Below are positions 1 to 37,517 of a DNA stretch of 64,000 nt, one piece after another (the stretch's first letter is position 1; each line of letters starts with the position of its first letter). The position numbers were made by a program, and so were the translations under genes. Source of the stretch: Bugula neritina (lineage: Eukaryota; Animalia; Bryozoa); NCBI GenBank assembly GCA_964035545.1, contig OZ037772.1, positions 9,541,150 to 9,605,149 on the forward strand. Direction: 5' to 3'. The notes under the pieces are model-generated. The model had not been told where the DNA came from, made no database searches, and was given only the letters and a program-made list of their open reading frames with translations.

Positions 1-22455
<22,455 letters not shown>

Positions 22456-23607
22456 GATAGAGGTCTCTGGTGATCTACAATGGGTCGTAATATATATTAA
22501 ATAAAAGCATTCTGAGTACAAGGGATATATCATTTAGGTGCATGTAATGGAGAAATTTTATTAGCTCAAATTCTTCAATCCTCTTAATAAATTTTGCTCT
22601 AGGGCTGAAATGCTCATATTGAGAATGTAATTTTTTTTGCTATATTTCTAATCTAGAACACAGGCTTTTCTTATTGTCTCCGTCACTGCAGCTACCTTTT
22701 GTGTAGCTGCACCTTCTACACAATGATGCAAATATCAATCTCACTGAATGCAAAAGCCCATCTACATTGGTGAATTGAAATAACTCTTGGACTTCTGAAA
22801 TCGCAGTTATTGCAAACAAAAGTTGCCATAAACTGTCAAGCATTCATAGTTTGTGTCACTTGATGCAGTGCTAAACTGTGCCGTAGAGCCTTGTCAACAT
22901 TAGTTTTCTGTTTTAATTATTTTGTCTTTTCACTTTACATGATATGCAGAAAATCAATAACTCTGACAAACAAAGATTCTAAATAAAAGCTGGCTGAAAT
23001 CACACACAATTGCATGGCCAATGTAATATTCACAGCATGTCTATAAATTATAAGTTGATGTTGAACATCCAACTGCATGAGTTTTTAGTTTGACTTGATT
23101 ATTAGTTTTACACTGGAAATACTGTTTCACTCATTATTCAATTTGAAAATACCAATACCAACATTAATTATTTGCAAAATCAACAATATGAATATTAAAT
23201 CATAAGCATAATAAAAGTAGAATTAGAAGATAGTTACAGGCAAGAGTTTATTAGAATGAAGGAAACTTGAAAGTTATAATTTTAATCTAATTCACATCAT
23301 TTCCATAATACTCATATTATAAGAATAATACCCGCGAATCAACCAAACAATCAAACAGCTATACTCCTACTGAACCCTATGAGTAACTCAGTATAGCTAT
23401 ATACTTATAGGACAAATTCAATGTCTAAATAAATTTGTCACTAAATAATAGCTAAGTATAATGTAATACATTTTTATTCTGATATTCACATTAACATTTT
23501 AGCAGTTTAAGACCTAGTGCTAACGCCAACGGCCATTCTTCAACTATAGTAATATCAATATGAAAATTGGTCTAATCCACTTATTATAATAAATATAATT
23601 ACATTAC

Positions 23608-23700
23608 CTGATTTTAATCCAAATTTCTAACTGAGTGACAACTAAACTTGAAATTAGAGTTGGTGAAACCTATCACTGTGACTCGCAATATATTCACTAT
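23608..23700 (-). other. Possible 5' non-coding exon of hemicentin (5' boundary unknown)
   Basis: The ATG exon starts at a splice acceptor (22475-22476), so an upstream UTR exon is expected. A good minus-strand donor (CAG|GTAATG) lies at 23608/23607. Confidence 0.25.
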
Positions 23701-26637
23701 TCAGCCTGAATTTTGATGAGGATCGATTATCAGTCTCGGACTGACTCAATGAAGGTCACTTCGGCTTCCAGTTCCACTAAATCATAAAGCTGAATGAAAG
23801 TTTTCTTCTGTCAACATGAGCTTATATAGACAATTTAGAAATAATTTACGTAATAAGTGTCATTACTGTGTTAATTAGACATGAATGTTTGAGTAAGCAA
23901 CTAACAAAACAGACAATGAAATGCGGCTGTGAGGTTGAGAGTTAATTTTGAGGGAATTTTTTCTACGTACCTTGATGTCTGCATTGGCTGGCCACGTGCA
24001 ACTATGTAGTAGAGCAAGAAATTTGCTATCTCTCAACATCGTTCTATTGAATAAGATGCAAATACTGCGTAGCGCAGGCTAAAGTTTATCATTTGTGCAA
24101 AACTATTGGCACAAGCTTTGACAGCGATAGCCAATCGCCATAATTCCTTTCATTAATAATAACATAAATTGCACGTGTTCAGTCTTTGTTGCCATTATTA
24201 CAATAGAGTTATATTATAGAGTATAGTGCAATGATGGTCTGGGCAGCTATCGGTGGTATAGTGGAATCAAAATGAATACTATTTAATTTTTTCAGTACAG
24301 TATACAAGGGTTTAACTCCAATCAATTAGGGCTAGTGACTGACAAAATTATTTCAGATATAACATAAATCACATCACTGCTCTTGTACAACAAACTCTGT
24401 GACTTTCCTCAAAGGTGAACGTTTCAGGAAAGCATTTTAAGTGATTTTATGAGGAAATCACTCAAGATAAGATAAATCCCCATAAAAATACAATATTTCA
24501 ATATGGTGCGAATAACATGTTTCTCAAATCTATATAGTATATAGGGTATTTATTTTAATAGCTGTTTTGATAGAATATATATACAAAAGCATGGTAATGA
24601 AAGAGAGGCATTTGATTAGTTATTCAACATGCATAATATAGACAAAAATAAAGCATATAATTTAATCGAAAATGGTGCAACTTTCATTAGTTATTTCAAT
24701 TTCAGTTAGCAAAAATATTATATATAAAGTTATTTTATGTTAGCAACATAAATGCGCCCATAGTTGCTTAAGAATTTCTAAAGCTACAAATTTGAAAGAT
24801 ATAATTGTAAGCGGAACTTATTCGAAGTGATTATTTAATCAATATGAATAAGTTCTACTATGAATACAACTAATAGAGAGTGGAGACAAACTATATTACA
24901 CGTATTGTTATTTGATCTCTTGTAACGTTGTGGTGGTAACTGAATCCAATTATTTTGAAGAGGTCATTGTAAAAAGAATGCTATAGGAACAGTGAATCAT
25001 ACACAAAGAATTGAGCATCTCTCAATTAAAATATGTAACTGTAGTCAATTAAATAAGCTGACTCACACCTTCATAGCAGAGTGTACTTGTGCACACGCAG
25101 CTATATTTAGTACTGCCAGCTTTCTTTAGCATTTCCTCCACGTTGTATATCGCATATTAATATGCAAACTCAGGATATGGGGTTCTGATTCTATGACATC
25201 AGCATGCATGTGCTTGACATGCCAAGTCTGGTGACAGCATTAAAGCTTAATGCATATAATGGAACATGCACAGGGCTTATATTATTTGAAATTTTAATTT
25301 GACATGAAAGCCAAAGCCAACTAATTTGTTATTGGTTTTTTAATTTTAAATTTAATAAATTTCTAATAACTGCTAGTGAAATGAAAAACTAATATACTTT
25401 TATTCTATTATAGCAATTGAGTACCTTTGTAAAACTATGATGATACAAAGATAAATAAGAGAGCTAAGGACTAGCTTTTACTGTAGAAAAATTCACAAAT
25501 TCTGACTGAATGCTCTCTATGACATAGTGAAAGACATTTTATATATTCACATCCCATCATCTTGATAATTTTCACTTGGTATTATATTATACACAATGAG
25601 TAATAACTTCAAACACAAATTCAGTAATTGTAATATATTTTTTCACACTTTGCAGTCTGAGCTATTTTGTTTTTAAACAATTTTTTAAAACCTGCATAAG
25701 GCTAAAATTTGTTTTCTGCTTCATAAAGCTATAGAAAAATAATTTGCACGCAACTATAAGGAAAACCAAAAAAGTTCAAGGGAGTTTTAGCATCTTATGA
25801 GAAACTGAAATGGCAATTTAAGTGGCAGTGCTTTTGACTGGGGAATAAAAGTTTATTATTTATAATCAATAAATTGCAGTTTTTTGACTAACTACATTAT
25901 ACCTATGTAAATATTATGATGAATTAATTTAATATAACTGTAAAGTACAGTAAAATACATTATATAAGTTAATAACTGCAACATTGTGACTTCTCACTTC
26001 AAATGTTATAATCTTCTTCCCTAACAAAGGTATATGATTTTGACTAAACCAATTATAGAGATTATAATACCGCATGATAAGAAAGGGTGGGGGCCTGGTT
26101 CTCCAGCCCGGTTAACAACAATTGGCACTCAGGCTACACATATTTATGCCATGTCAGTATTTATGTCTCTATAATTAATATGGCACGCTGCTGTGAATGG
26201 ACCTGTCAACTAGAATTAATTAAATTACATGAAATAGAACACGTAACAGAGTCAGAAGATACATAAAAATGTCATTAGGAAGGTATGTACAGCATGCATT
26301 CTGCTGCCACAGCTTGTACTGCTGACATAGGCATTTTATGTAGCCTGTGGTTTCAGGAATAAATATTCTGCTTTTCCATTTGCAAATGACTATACTCTTA
26401 AAGTTGTCAGTGATGTACTTTCTGCAGTTATATAATATATTTCACACATTTAGCTTACAATTGCAAAAAGTCAACTTTTTGTAAATGTAGTAAAAGGATT
26501 CGATTGTTTCACTTGTGTGTGGTGAGCTAATATTCTGGTTTTAAATGCAGCATCAGTTAAGTAAGACCTTCAGCAAACTACTATGAAGTTCAGCAACTCA
26601 GGGTTTTCTAGAAAGGCAGGGTGGACAACTCCATGCA

Positions 26638-26777
<140 letters not shown>

Positions 26778-27933
26778 AGCCTATCATTGTGACAAAAGTC
26801 AAACTAAGGATTTAGTTTTTTCTTTGAATCAAATAAATATATTTTTCAAAAGGTGTGGAAAGAAAGATGTGGCTTTAAATTAAACAACGTGAATGAGTTA
26901 TCCATAGTATTCAAGTGCAGTAGTGAAGAAATTTTATTAGCCTAAGTTTCTTAAATTTTTGCTATAGTAGAACGTTTGAAGTACTCGGAAATTAAAGTTT
27001 CAAATAAGATTAAACATAATGACATCATTTTAAATAGCTATTGAAGGGTAAATAAGCTCTCTTAATTATTCATTTATTTATATGTAGCTGAAAAGTAGCG
27101 AAGAATTTTTTTATGAACTGATAGCCTATATTTAAATTTTCAAGTATTATAAAAAACTTCATATTTAAGATTCCAATTGTAAATGGAGTCATTTTAAGTA
27201 GTCCTTGAAGTGTAAATAAAATCTTTCAATCTTTCATTTATTTTATATGCATTATACAATCAATAATTAATAACCACCAACCTGCGACTGAGAATGAGTA
27301 TAATTACTTTAGCAAAGTGAATAAAAATAAATCTGTTCAGACAATTCCGAATATTCAAACAATAACATTTTGCAAACAAAACTTGTTTATTTTCGAAAGT
27401 TTAACACCGACAATAGATAGCATACATTATAGAAATTGCGACAAGTAATTATAACCCACTTTTCTTTATATTTTCTTAGCCTGACTATTCTTATATATTA
27501 CTACAATCTAAGCAGTGCAACTGTTTTATGGAAAGATTTAAAGTTTTTTCTGGTACTAAAAGGGTTTTGAAAAATGCCTACATTAGTTATTTTCATGTAG
27601 TATTTCCATCCAAACGATGGGAGCAATTCACTTCAAACCCAAACGTCAAAGTAAATTCTATAAGGAAATATAAATACAAATGTGAACACTGCTTCAAGTG
27701 TTTTTTCTTAAGATGATATTTGTACTAAATGAATGAATCACAGTCTACAAAACAAAGAACGCTGGCACTACACGCTAAAACTAAAGTAAAGATTCTCTAA
27801 AAAATGTTATATCCAATTAAATACCAGCTATATAATGCTAACAAAGAATACATGAATAGAATGATGAATAAGCAGTTTAATATGTTGCAATACATGGGCA
27901 CAAATTTGCCAAGTAAAGCTGTATATATGCTGA

Positions 27934-30500
27934 TCAAATTCCATGAACTTCTACCTCATAAATATTTAAAGTAGTTTCAGCGTTGAACAGAATCTGAACA
28001 AAACGACCTCTGATTGGTTGTTTGCAAGTAACCAGGGTGTAGTATCGGTTAAGAACTCCATCATGGTAGTAACACAGTACTTCAGGGTTTGTTCCAGTAA
28101 ATTCTATCTCTTCTTCTGTCATAGCAACCGTAACCTCGGCATTCATTGCTCTTTCCCAGAAAAATTTACTGAGACCTATTTAAACGTAAAATTACGAAGT
28201 TTAAAAATAAGTATTAACATTTATTTTGCCTAAATGCATGTATAATATGATAAGGAGTTAGAAACAAAATGTACTTGTAATTACATAATTCATTCGTTAG
28301 CAAACATTGTCATGTAACTATATTAGGCATGAAACGAAAAAATACCAGTTTTCATTTTAAGTGTTGATATAGCAATAAAACATCTGAATGGATTATTTAT
28401 TCAATAATTTGAATTATTAATATAAGTTTGAGTACTTTCCCCATATTTTCGATTTATTTCAATACCAATTAAGCTAGTAGTTTTTAGCCATGTGATAACA
28501 TAATAAAAAATATTTCCACAATAAAATATTACTGCACATAATTTTTGCATGTTTCGTCATGGGAACAGATATAACAAACCACACTTATTCTAGTAAACAG
28601 CTGACTGGCTTAGCACTACTGTCATGTGAACAACGGGTATCTTTTTTTAAAGATAAATAGTTTCAATATTATTACATGCAGTTGCAAAAATTTTAATTGA
28701 AGCACATTTACTACAAATTGTCAAAAACTATAGTGGTGTAGAAGTTAGAGTGCTTGCTTAGTAAATCATGTGGTCAGGTGTTTGGGTTCATGAATAAACT
28801 ATAGTTGTGATGTTAAAAAAGGTTCTAAGTCAGTTTTTACTTTCTCACACAGATGGCTGCAATTCTACAGCTAATAATAATAATATGCTCTATGGCAAGT
28901 TAACTGGCTAAAATCTAAATTAAAAGAGCAAATCTTTGAATTTTCAATAGCGTTTCAAAATCCTCTTTATATATATTAATGATCAGTTGAACAAAGCATA
29001 TGCTATTTGAATAATCACACAACTCGCTAATACCTCTGTTGAGGATGTTGACAGCCCAGACACAGTAAACATCAACCAGATCCACCCTCCACCAGGGTCT
29101 GTACTCTTCCCTGCTGTGCGCCATTGAATCTCTATCTATAATTACCTCATAAATACCATCGACTGCTTTAGAAGCTTCAAATGAATATTTAGAATTCATC
29201 TCAGTGTAATTGCTTGACAGTTTTGCCGGTTTATCTACAAAAAAATTATTGAATTTTTTGTGAGTTGAATATACATTTTCATGCCATTTTGACTTGTGAA
29301 ATTTCCATGCTAAAAAACTTTTAAAATTAAAAAAAAATTGTTTTTTTATTCTGTGAGTGTTCATGATTTCTTTTTACAATACTGGAACTAATTTTAACTT
29401 CTAAATAAAATGATATATCTTTTGTGGTAATTTAAAGCGCTTTTACCTCTTGCAAGCAGTTTATTTGGCTGCACGTTGGCTCTCTGGGAAATCTGAATAG
29501 AATAGTCAGATTTCGATCCTTTCCACTCGGTAAACAAATGTGGGTTTACACATTCCTTCAGGAAACATCTTTTCTCTGGGGCATCATAAACCATTCCCAG
29601 ACATTTCTTGTCTTCTGTACATTTTAGTAGACAAATTTCAGCCACTGGACTGAACATTGATTCACCTGTCATATAATCTGTGACCGACATGGTGTCTGGT
29701 ACACTGTATCTTCTGAATCTGTCAATACGACTGGTGCATTGGCTTGTGACAGACAGTACAAGGTGCATAAAACCTATAAATAGACCAATGTAGTATTAGA
29801 GTATGTTATAATAAAGGAGTGTTTTTTTATTCGCTTTTCTATTCTACATATAAGACATTACAGAATTATAGTGGAACTTATTGGCACTCAGGCTTGGTTT
29901 CTCCTTTAAATTGTGAAATATAGCAAAAATTCCGAAAAAAGGAAGCAGTTATAAATTAGAATGCACTAAAATATAATGCCAATAAATGTCAATAAATACT
30001 ATGAAAACAAAAAGTTGAGCTACCATACTTATAGCTAATATCATATTAGGATTAGGAATTAAGTTGAACACAACTTTTTAAAGTCATTACTTGTAAATTC
30101 TTAAAGACATGAATTACTATTCAAGTAGGCAACTATTTTTTGTTTGCTGGAAACTAGAACCAATATATTATATTACTATACATGCTAACTCGCAAAATAT
30201 ACTCTTATTTAATATTTTTAGTTATCAAATATCTTTATCAAAGAAAAGTGTTGCATGTCTAAATTTTCATTAAAATAATTTTTTTCATCAAACCTGCTGT
30301 AAACTCCAAAAACATAACATGTTATATTAAACATTGATTTGGAAGCGTCACAAAGAAGTTAAAGAAGAGTTAAAAGTAGACATTCTTTTTACAGAATACA
30401 AATATAAACTAATAATAATAAACATATCTTTATATTACTATAGAATTTAATAAATGACTAAAGTAGATTAAAACAAACCTATTAGGTACAGGATATACAT
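27934..30500 (-). CDS. Secreted PAN/apple + F-type lectin (fucolectin/FTP, F5/8-type-C-like) protein, paralogue A, 265 aa
   Basis: Exons 30479-30500 (MYILYLIG), 29447-29773 (FMHLVLSVTS, then PAN: EICLLKCTEDKKCLGMVYD...RCFLK), 29028-29234 (ASKAVDG...AHS...PWWRVDL...VNILNRG; GC donor inferred) and 27934-28175 (...CKQPIRGRFVQI...LNIYEVEVHGI*). Total 798 nt, open frame. The AVDG, H-X26-R, PWWRVDL, GRFV and EVEV motifs are typical of F-type lectin domains. Confidence 0.85.
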
Positions 30501-30944
30501 TTTCTTATTCAGACGTCCAGTTTTCCCCTTTAACCTTGATTGCTGATTAAAAGTGACTTAAAGCGAACATACAACACGTTGATATTATATTAGTTGCTTA
30601 TAAAATCAATAAAAATGCCGTAGCCATATTTAGCGTTCGAGATGCAAAGTATATTTGTTAAACTACATGTTTTATGTTTGAATTTTTGACCTCTTTTATA
30701 GATTGTGAAAAATGTTTTAGTTTAATTGAAATTTGCAATCTGAAGAAAGATTACTTAAATAATGATGTTCACATAATGATGTTTAAATAATGAAATGAAT
30801 GATTATTACTACCATGAGAGCCATTGAAACGGATATGTATTTGTATATGTAGTTCATAATGCAAAGTCATAGTTACTATAAAAGTATAGATAAAATGAAG
30901 CAATTAAAATCGATGAAACAGTTTTGTCTAAATATACACATGTG

Positions 30945-31043
<99 letters not shown>

Positions 31044-31096
31044 TATAAATAGGTATACGAGAAACATTGTTATTTATTACTTTATTAGGCAAAGTA

Positions 31097-31145
31097 ATTA
31101 CACTGATATTTCGGGTACCACTGTACCCATCTTCAGAGTAGCATT
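31097..31145 (-). ncRNA. Mirror-image hammerhead ribozyme motif on the minus strand
   Basis: Reverse complement of the + strand motif. The catalytic core and stem II are identical; there is one mismatch in distal stem I caused by the central base. Confidence 0.68.
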
Positions 31146-31191
31146 GCTACTCTGAAGATGGGTACAGTGGTACCCGAAATATCAGTGTAAT
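31143..31191 (+). ncRNA. Minimal type I hammerhead ribozyme motif (Penelope-like element type)
   Basis: Stem I 5' ATTGC-T-ACT (31143-31151); core CTGAAGA (31152-31158) plus an extra T; stem II GGGTAC/GTACCC with AGTG loop (31160-31175); GAAA (31176-31179); palindromic ATAT in place of stem III; predicted cleavage after TC at 31183; stem I 3' AGT-GTAAT (31184-31191); AATAAA at 31202. Confidence 0.7.
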
Positions 31192-31244
31192 TACTTTGCC
31201 TAATAAAGTAATAAATAACAATGTTTCTCGTATACCTATTTATA

Positions 31245-31351
<107 letters not shown>

Positions 31352-31806
31352 GTATATGTATATGTATAATTTGAAAAAATGTTTCAGCGATTTTAATTGC
31401 TTAATTTTATTTTTACATTTATAGTAACAATGACTTTGCATTATGAACTACATATACAAATACAAGTCCATTTCAATGGCTTTCATGGTAGTGATATTTA
31501 CTCATTTCATTATTTGAACATCATTATTTAAATAGCTTTTTTTCAGATTAAAACTTTTAATTAAACTAAAACATATTCCACAATCTATAAAAGAGGTCAT
31601 TGCTTACTGCACAATAAAATCATACATGCAAACATAAACCATGTAATTTAACACATATGTTTTGCATCTTGAAAACTAATTAGAAATACACCATTTTTAT
31701 TGATTTTGACAACAATTATTGTCATCCATGCGTTGTATGCTTGCTCCAAGTCACTTTTAATCAACAACCAAAGCTGAAGAGGAAAACTGCAGGTCTGAAA
31801 AAGAAA

Positions 31807-33878
31807 ATGTATATTCTATATTTAACAGGTTTGTTTTACTCCGCTCTAGTCATTTAATTAGTGCTATAGTAATATAAAGATATGTTTATTATTATTAGTT
31901 CATAAGATTATAGCTATAAGTCTACTAACTCATAATATCTTTAATTTTTAAGGCCCTATTGATGTGTTTTTTGCTTTTATTATTCTACTGCTCCTTCTTC
32001 CAAAAGGTTACAATAACTTTTAAAAAAGAAACCGAACCTGAGTGCCAAATAAGTTCAACTATAATCCTGTTTCTTTTTATAATAACTTTAGAGAAATGGA
32101 TAAAAAGAACACTGTTCTATCTATATATTTTCAGGCTTCATGTACCTTGTGATGTCTGTCACAAGCCAATGCACCAGTCGCATTGACAGATTCAGAAGAT
32201 ACAGTGTACCAGACACCATGTCAGTCACAGACTATATGACAGGTGAGGCAATGTTCAGTCAAGTGGCTGAAATTTGTCTTCTGAGATGTACAGAAGACAA
32301 GAAATGTCTTGGAATGGTTTATGATGTCATAGAGAAAAGATGTTTTCTGAAGGAATGTGTAAACCCACATTTGTTTACCGAGTGGAAAGGGTCGAAATCT
32401 GACTATTCTATTCAGATTTCCCAAAGAGCCAACGTGCAGCCAAATAAGCTGCTTGCAAGAGGTAAATATAATATTTCATTTAGAAGTTAAAATTAATTTT
32501 AACATTATAAAAAAATTATAAAAGCTCAGAGATAAAAAAAATTGTTTCAGTTTCAAATGTTTTTTTACTTGAAACTGCTTCAAGTCAAAATGACATGAAA
32601 ATGTATATTTAATTTAAAAGAAAATCAATTAATTGTTTCTTTATAGATAAACCAGCACAACTTTCAAGCAACTACACCGATATGAGCTTGGGATATCCTT
32701 TTCTTGCTTCTAAGGCTGTTGATGGTATTTATCATGGTGAGGGTGATAGAATGTCATTGGCACACAGCGAGCAAGAACACAGACCCTGGTGGAGAGTAGA
32801 TCTGGTTGATGTTTACTGTGTCTGGGCTGTCAACATTCTTAACAGAGGTATTAGTGAGTTGTGTGGTTATTCAAATAGCATGCTTTGCTAAACCTACTAT
32901 TAACAAGATTTTGAAAGCTTCATTGAAAATTCTAAAAGTTGCTTTTCTAACTTAGAGTTTTGGTATTGTTAACATAAAATTTACAACTATTTGTGTAGGA
33001 TTAAAAATGTCTACGCAATAAAAGTGAAAATCAATTTAGAATTTTTTTTTAATATTACCACTGTGTTCTGGTTTCGAGCCACTGATCTCATGATTTCCTA
33101 CAACCATTACACCACTAGTTTTTGACAACATGAAGTAATTTTTGTTTTAGTTTCGATTTTTATAACTGTGATAAAATTCATACCATTAATCTTTAAAAAA
33201 GATATTTATTGATTACATAGCACTAAGCCAACTAATTGTTTATTTTAATTAGTGTGGTTTTTTATATATCTGTTCCCATGACAAAAAATTGCAGTGAGAT
33301 TTTGATGTAAAAGACTTCTTTATCATACTGTTACATGGCTAAAGACGGCCAGCTTGATTGATGTGTAAACACACTGAACATATTGAGAAAGTATTCAAAA
33401 TTACATTCGGAAGCAAATTGTCTAACAAATTTTATCCATGCAGGTATTTTGTTTCTATTAACACTTGAAATAGAAACCGTTATTTCTTAATTTGGTGTCT
33501 AATTATAGCTACATGACAATGTGAACTAACAAATGAATTAAATACAATGCCCATTTTGTTTCTAATTAAAAATATATATACAAGCAAAGTAGTTGTTAAC
33601 ACACCTTTTGGAACTTTGTAACTTTTTCTTGAACAGGTTATAATAAATATGTATGGAAAAGATCTTTGAATGCTGAAGTTACAGTAGCTATGACAGAAGA
33701 AGAGATAGAATTTACTGGAACAAACCCTCAAATACTGTGTTACTACCATGATTGGATTCTTAACCGATACTACACCCTGGCTACTTGTAAACAACCAATC
33801 AGAGGCCGTTTTGTTCAGATTCTGTTCAATGCTGATACTATTTTAAATATCCATGAGGTAGAAGTTCATGGAATTTGA
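31807..33878 (+). CDS. Secreted PAN/apple + F-type lectin protein, paralogue B (inverted duplicate of A), 265 aa
   Basis: Exons 31807-31828, 32135-32461, 32647-32853, 33637-33878; the same exon sizes as A (22/327/207/242), open frame, canonical GT-AG sites. Confidence 0.87.
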
Positions 33879-34704
33879 TAAGTATAAAGCTTTACTTTGC
33901 AAAGTTGTTTACATGTGGCGCAACATAGTTTATACCCATTCATTATTCTATTTATATAATAATCTTTATTAGTTTTAGCTAGTATTTAGCTTGATGTAAT
34001 AAAAGTTTTTGGGGAATCTTTGCTTTAGTTTTAGCATGTCATAGTGTCAGTGTTCTTTGTTTTGTAGACTGTGGTTTATCTATTTAGTACAAATATTATC
34101 TTCATCAAAAAAACACTTGAAGCAGTGTTCACATTTGTGTTTATATATATTCCCTTGTAGAATTGTGTATGCAATTATTTACTCTAGAGTTTGGTTTTAA
34201 AATGAATTGCTCCAATAATTCGGGCGGAATAGTACATGGAAATTCCTTATAGGCATTTTCCAAAATTCATCTAGTCCAAACCACTTAGGTACCAAAAAGA
34301 TCTTTAAATCTTTGCATTTAATATAGTTGCACTGCTTAGATTGCAGTTATAATTTAGATGAGAAATGTGCTATAAAAGCAAAAAGAACAATAAATTATAT
34401 TTACTTATCACATAAATCTCTATAATGTATGTTATCTATTGTCGGTGTTAAAATTTTGAAAATAAACAAGTTAATTGTTTGCAAAATGTTATTGTTTGAA
34501 TATTCTGAACTATCTAAACAGATTTGTTTTCATTCACTTTGCTAAAGTAATTACTCATTCTTAGTCGCAGGTTGTTGGTTATTAATTATTGATTGTTTAC
34601 ATAAAAAAATGAAAAATTGAAAGATGTTACTTACTTTTGAAAAACTGCTTGAAACAGCTTAATTTACTTGAAACTTAAAATTTAAAATTTTAGTCTTAAG
34701 GTAC

Positions 34705-35349
34705 TGTAGTGAATTTTGCCAGTTCACTATTATTATTTGTGGGTCTACTTAATCAAAGCCACTGCGACAGGTTGTTTACGATAAGATACTTTATTATTTA
34801 CACAAATACAAGAAGGTTATTTACTGCTAGCATGAATAGAAACGATTACATAATTAGTGAGCTTTAATACACAACTGTTCTAAATGAAGTCCCAAGCTGC
34901 TCTGCCGGCTAGCTACTCAGCGCACTGCAACTACGAGTAGCTAGCTCCACCTGCTATCAATTAGTGTGACTGTCCTGATTGGCTAGCGTTAGTGGTGCCA
35001 CTGTTGACTGTAAGATATTGTCGGGTAACCGTCTACGCCGAGTCGTCTCTGTCGCTACTAATTAACTCCATCACCATAAGCATAACACTAGCATCTGCTA
35101 CTAAGCAGCTAACTGTCAGTGCAAACCATCTACGCCTCCTACAGTTGTTGATTCCATTTAACTAGTCTTGCCTTGTTTAACTGCGTGCATCAGTAGCTAG
35201 CAATAATTGTCCAGCAGATTGTACGCATTCCAATTGTCAGCTATTATGATAATTGATCTCCAGTACTTATAGCCATTATGCCAAGCGTATAGAGAGTAAG
35301 CCACAAAGAGTTATCCTTTCGATAATAACATAATCTGAAATCCATTACA
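34705..35349 (-). mobile_element. Solo LTR (Ty3/gypsy-like), 645 bp
   Basis: TGTAGTGAATTT...AAATCCATTACA (TG...CA with a short imperfect terminal inverted repeat); 4-bp target duplication GTAC at 34701-34704 and 35350-35353; absent from the homologous position of the left arm; minus-strand AATAAA near 34790; GC-richer than its flanks. Confidence 0.75.
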
Positions 35350-35708
35350 GTACTACAATCTTTCTTATACAATATTCAAAAATTTAAAAATCTGAGCTGA
35401 GATTTTTGACTACATAAATAAATAATCAAAAGAAGTTCAATGGCTAGTTAAAATGATGTTTTTATATTTAATTTTATTTGAAATCTTAATTTCAGGGTAT
35501 TTCAAACCTTCTACTAGAGCAAAGATTCAAGAAAAAATTAGACAAAAAAAGTTGTTCACTACTGCACTTAAATGCTATGAATAACTCATTCACATTCTTC
35601 AACTTGCAACCACATCTTCTTTTTTGCACTTTTGAAAAATATATTTATTTGATTCATGCAGAGGAAATACTAAAACTTTAGTTTTAGTTCTATTACAATG
35701 ATAGGCTA

Positions 35709-35879
<171 letters not shown>

Positions 35880-35880
35880 A

Positions 35881-36240
35881 CTTTAATGCTATAGTAGAAA
35901 GTTTGAAGCACTCTGAGATTAAAATTTCAAGTACTATTAAACATAATGACATCATTTTGAGTAACCATCAAAGTGCAGACAACCTCTTTTGACCATTTAT
36001 TTATTTATGTAATTAAAAAGTAATGAAAAAATTTTCATACTCCTAGATTTTTAAAGTTTTAGGTATTGTAGAAAGTTGGGAATACAGCGAGATTAAAATT
36101 TCAAGTTTGTGATCAAAAGTTTTAAGAAGTCCTTGAAGAGTAAGTAAACTTTTTCAATTTTCTATCTATTTGTGCATATACAATCAGTGTTTAATAGAAC
36201 AAGCAAGCTGTCTAAGAGTTAATAATTACTTTAGCAGGAT
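35881..36240 (+). repeat. Third copy of the lectin 3'-flank segment (direct relative to 26955-27315, inverted relative to the right arm)
   Basis: TGCTATAGTAGAAAGTTTGAAG...TTAAACATAATGACATCATTTT...TAATTACTTTAGCA matches 26960-27314. Confidence 0.75.
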
Positions 36241-37517
36241 CAAAAAGTTTTACATTAAAGGAAACATACTTATTTGATTTTACACAAACGTATGTCTAAT
36301 ATCTTCCTACGTCGAATGACCAACTAACTTTGAATAGAATGCAAAAATAATAGGTTCTTTAATCTAAAAATGAAAGTGGCAACAGTGCAATATTCAAATG
36401 AAAATATTATCGATTTTATTTGTTTTAAAATAGTAGTAACAACAGCTCAAATAGGTATTATGTGTTACATTTAAGTAGCTAGAAAGCACTTTTGTCAACT
36501 ACAAGATATAAAAGATATATTCTTGAAATATTCATAAACAAACTAACATTTTCACACAAACACACACACAAGCACACACACAGAGTTATTTCCTTTTTGA
36601 AATGCTTATGTAGCTCTAAAATTATTCTTACTATAGATATTTTAGCTCTCAATTAATACAAACATCATAAATATTTGAGGTAATGTGTAGCAAATAGTTA
36701 TATATGTTGAAAAACCATCATTTGACAATTGGGGCAAACATTACCATCCCGCAGTAAAAATGGCTAATCTTAGACTATGTTTCTCAGCAATAACAAGTCA
36801 ACTCTTTTGTCTCAAGAAAATGTGTTCTGTTCTAAAATTAGTCATTAATTTAGTATTTCTCAGCTGGATTCTTCAAAAGATTTTATAAGTGTTTATGCAA
36901 TAAAAACTGTGCACAGCATTTGAATAACTGCGTGTATACAGTAGCTATATGAAACTTGTCAGTGTAAAGTGTTTATTTATAGGTTTATGTGTATAATCGT
37001 AAATCCAGGGCACTTCATTCTAAGCCAAGTGATGGAAATGCTTGTTGATAGGCAACTCCAAAATATAATGAAGCAGTCATTTAAAACTGAAGCCTGTTTT
37101 ATTTTTAAAAATTTTGAAACAACAAAAAAAGATTAAATATAATTATACAATAATAACACTGTCTTAAGAGCACAATAGTATTAAATGCAATACACTTAGA
37201 CAAAAATGCGGTCGACTTTAAACTCACTTCACTTTCAACAGACTTAAGAAAACAACCATATAAGATGAATATATAAATTGGGAGTTATGTTACATAAATT
37301 TCTGTAGCTGTTTAATATATTAATAACCTCTCTATCTGAGGAACACTGTTGCATGATACTACATATGTATGTTTGACAAATTAGAAAAAAGGAAATTTTA
37401 TGCAACTGTAATTGTAACCTATATTTTCTAGTCTAGAGTTATTGTCCACTGATTCTCATCATTCTAGTTCACTATAGGTACAAATATAATTAGATGATGA
37501 TACAAATGATAAAAAAC

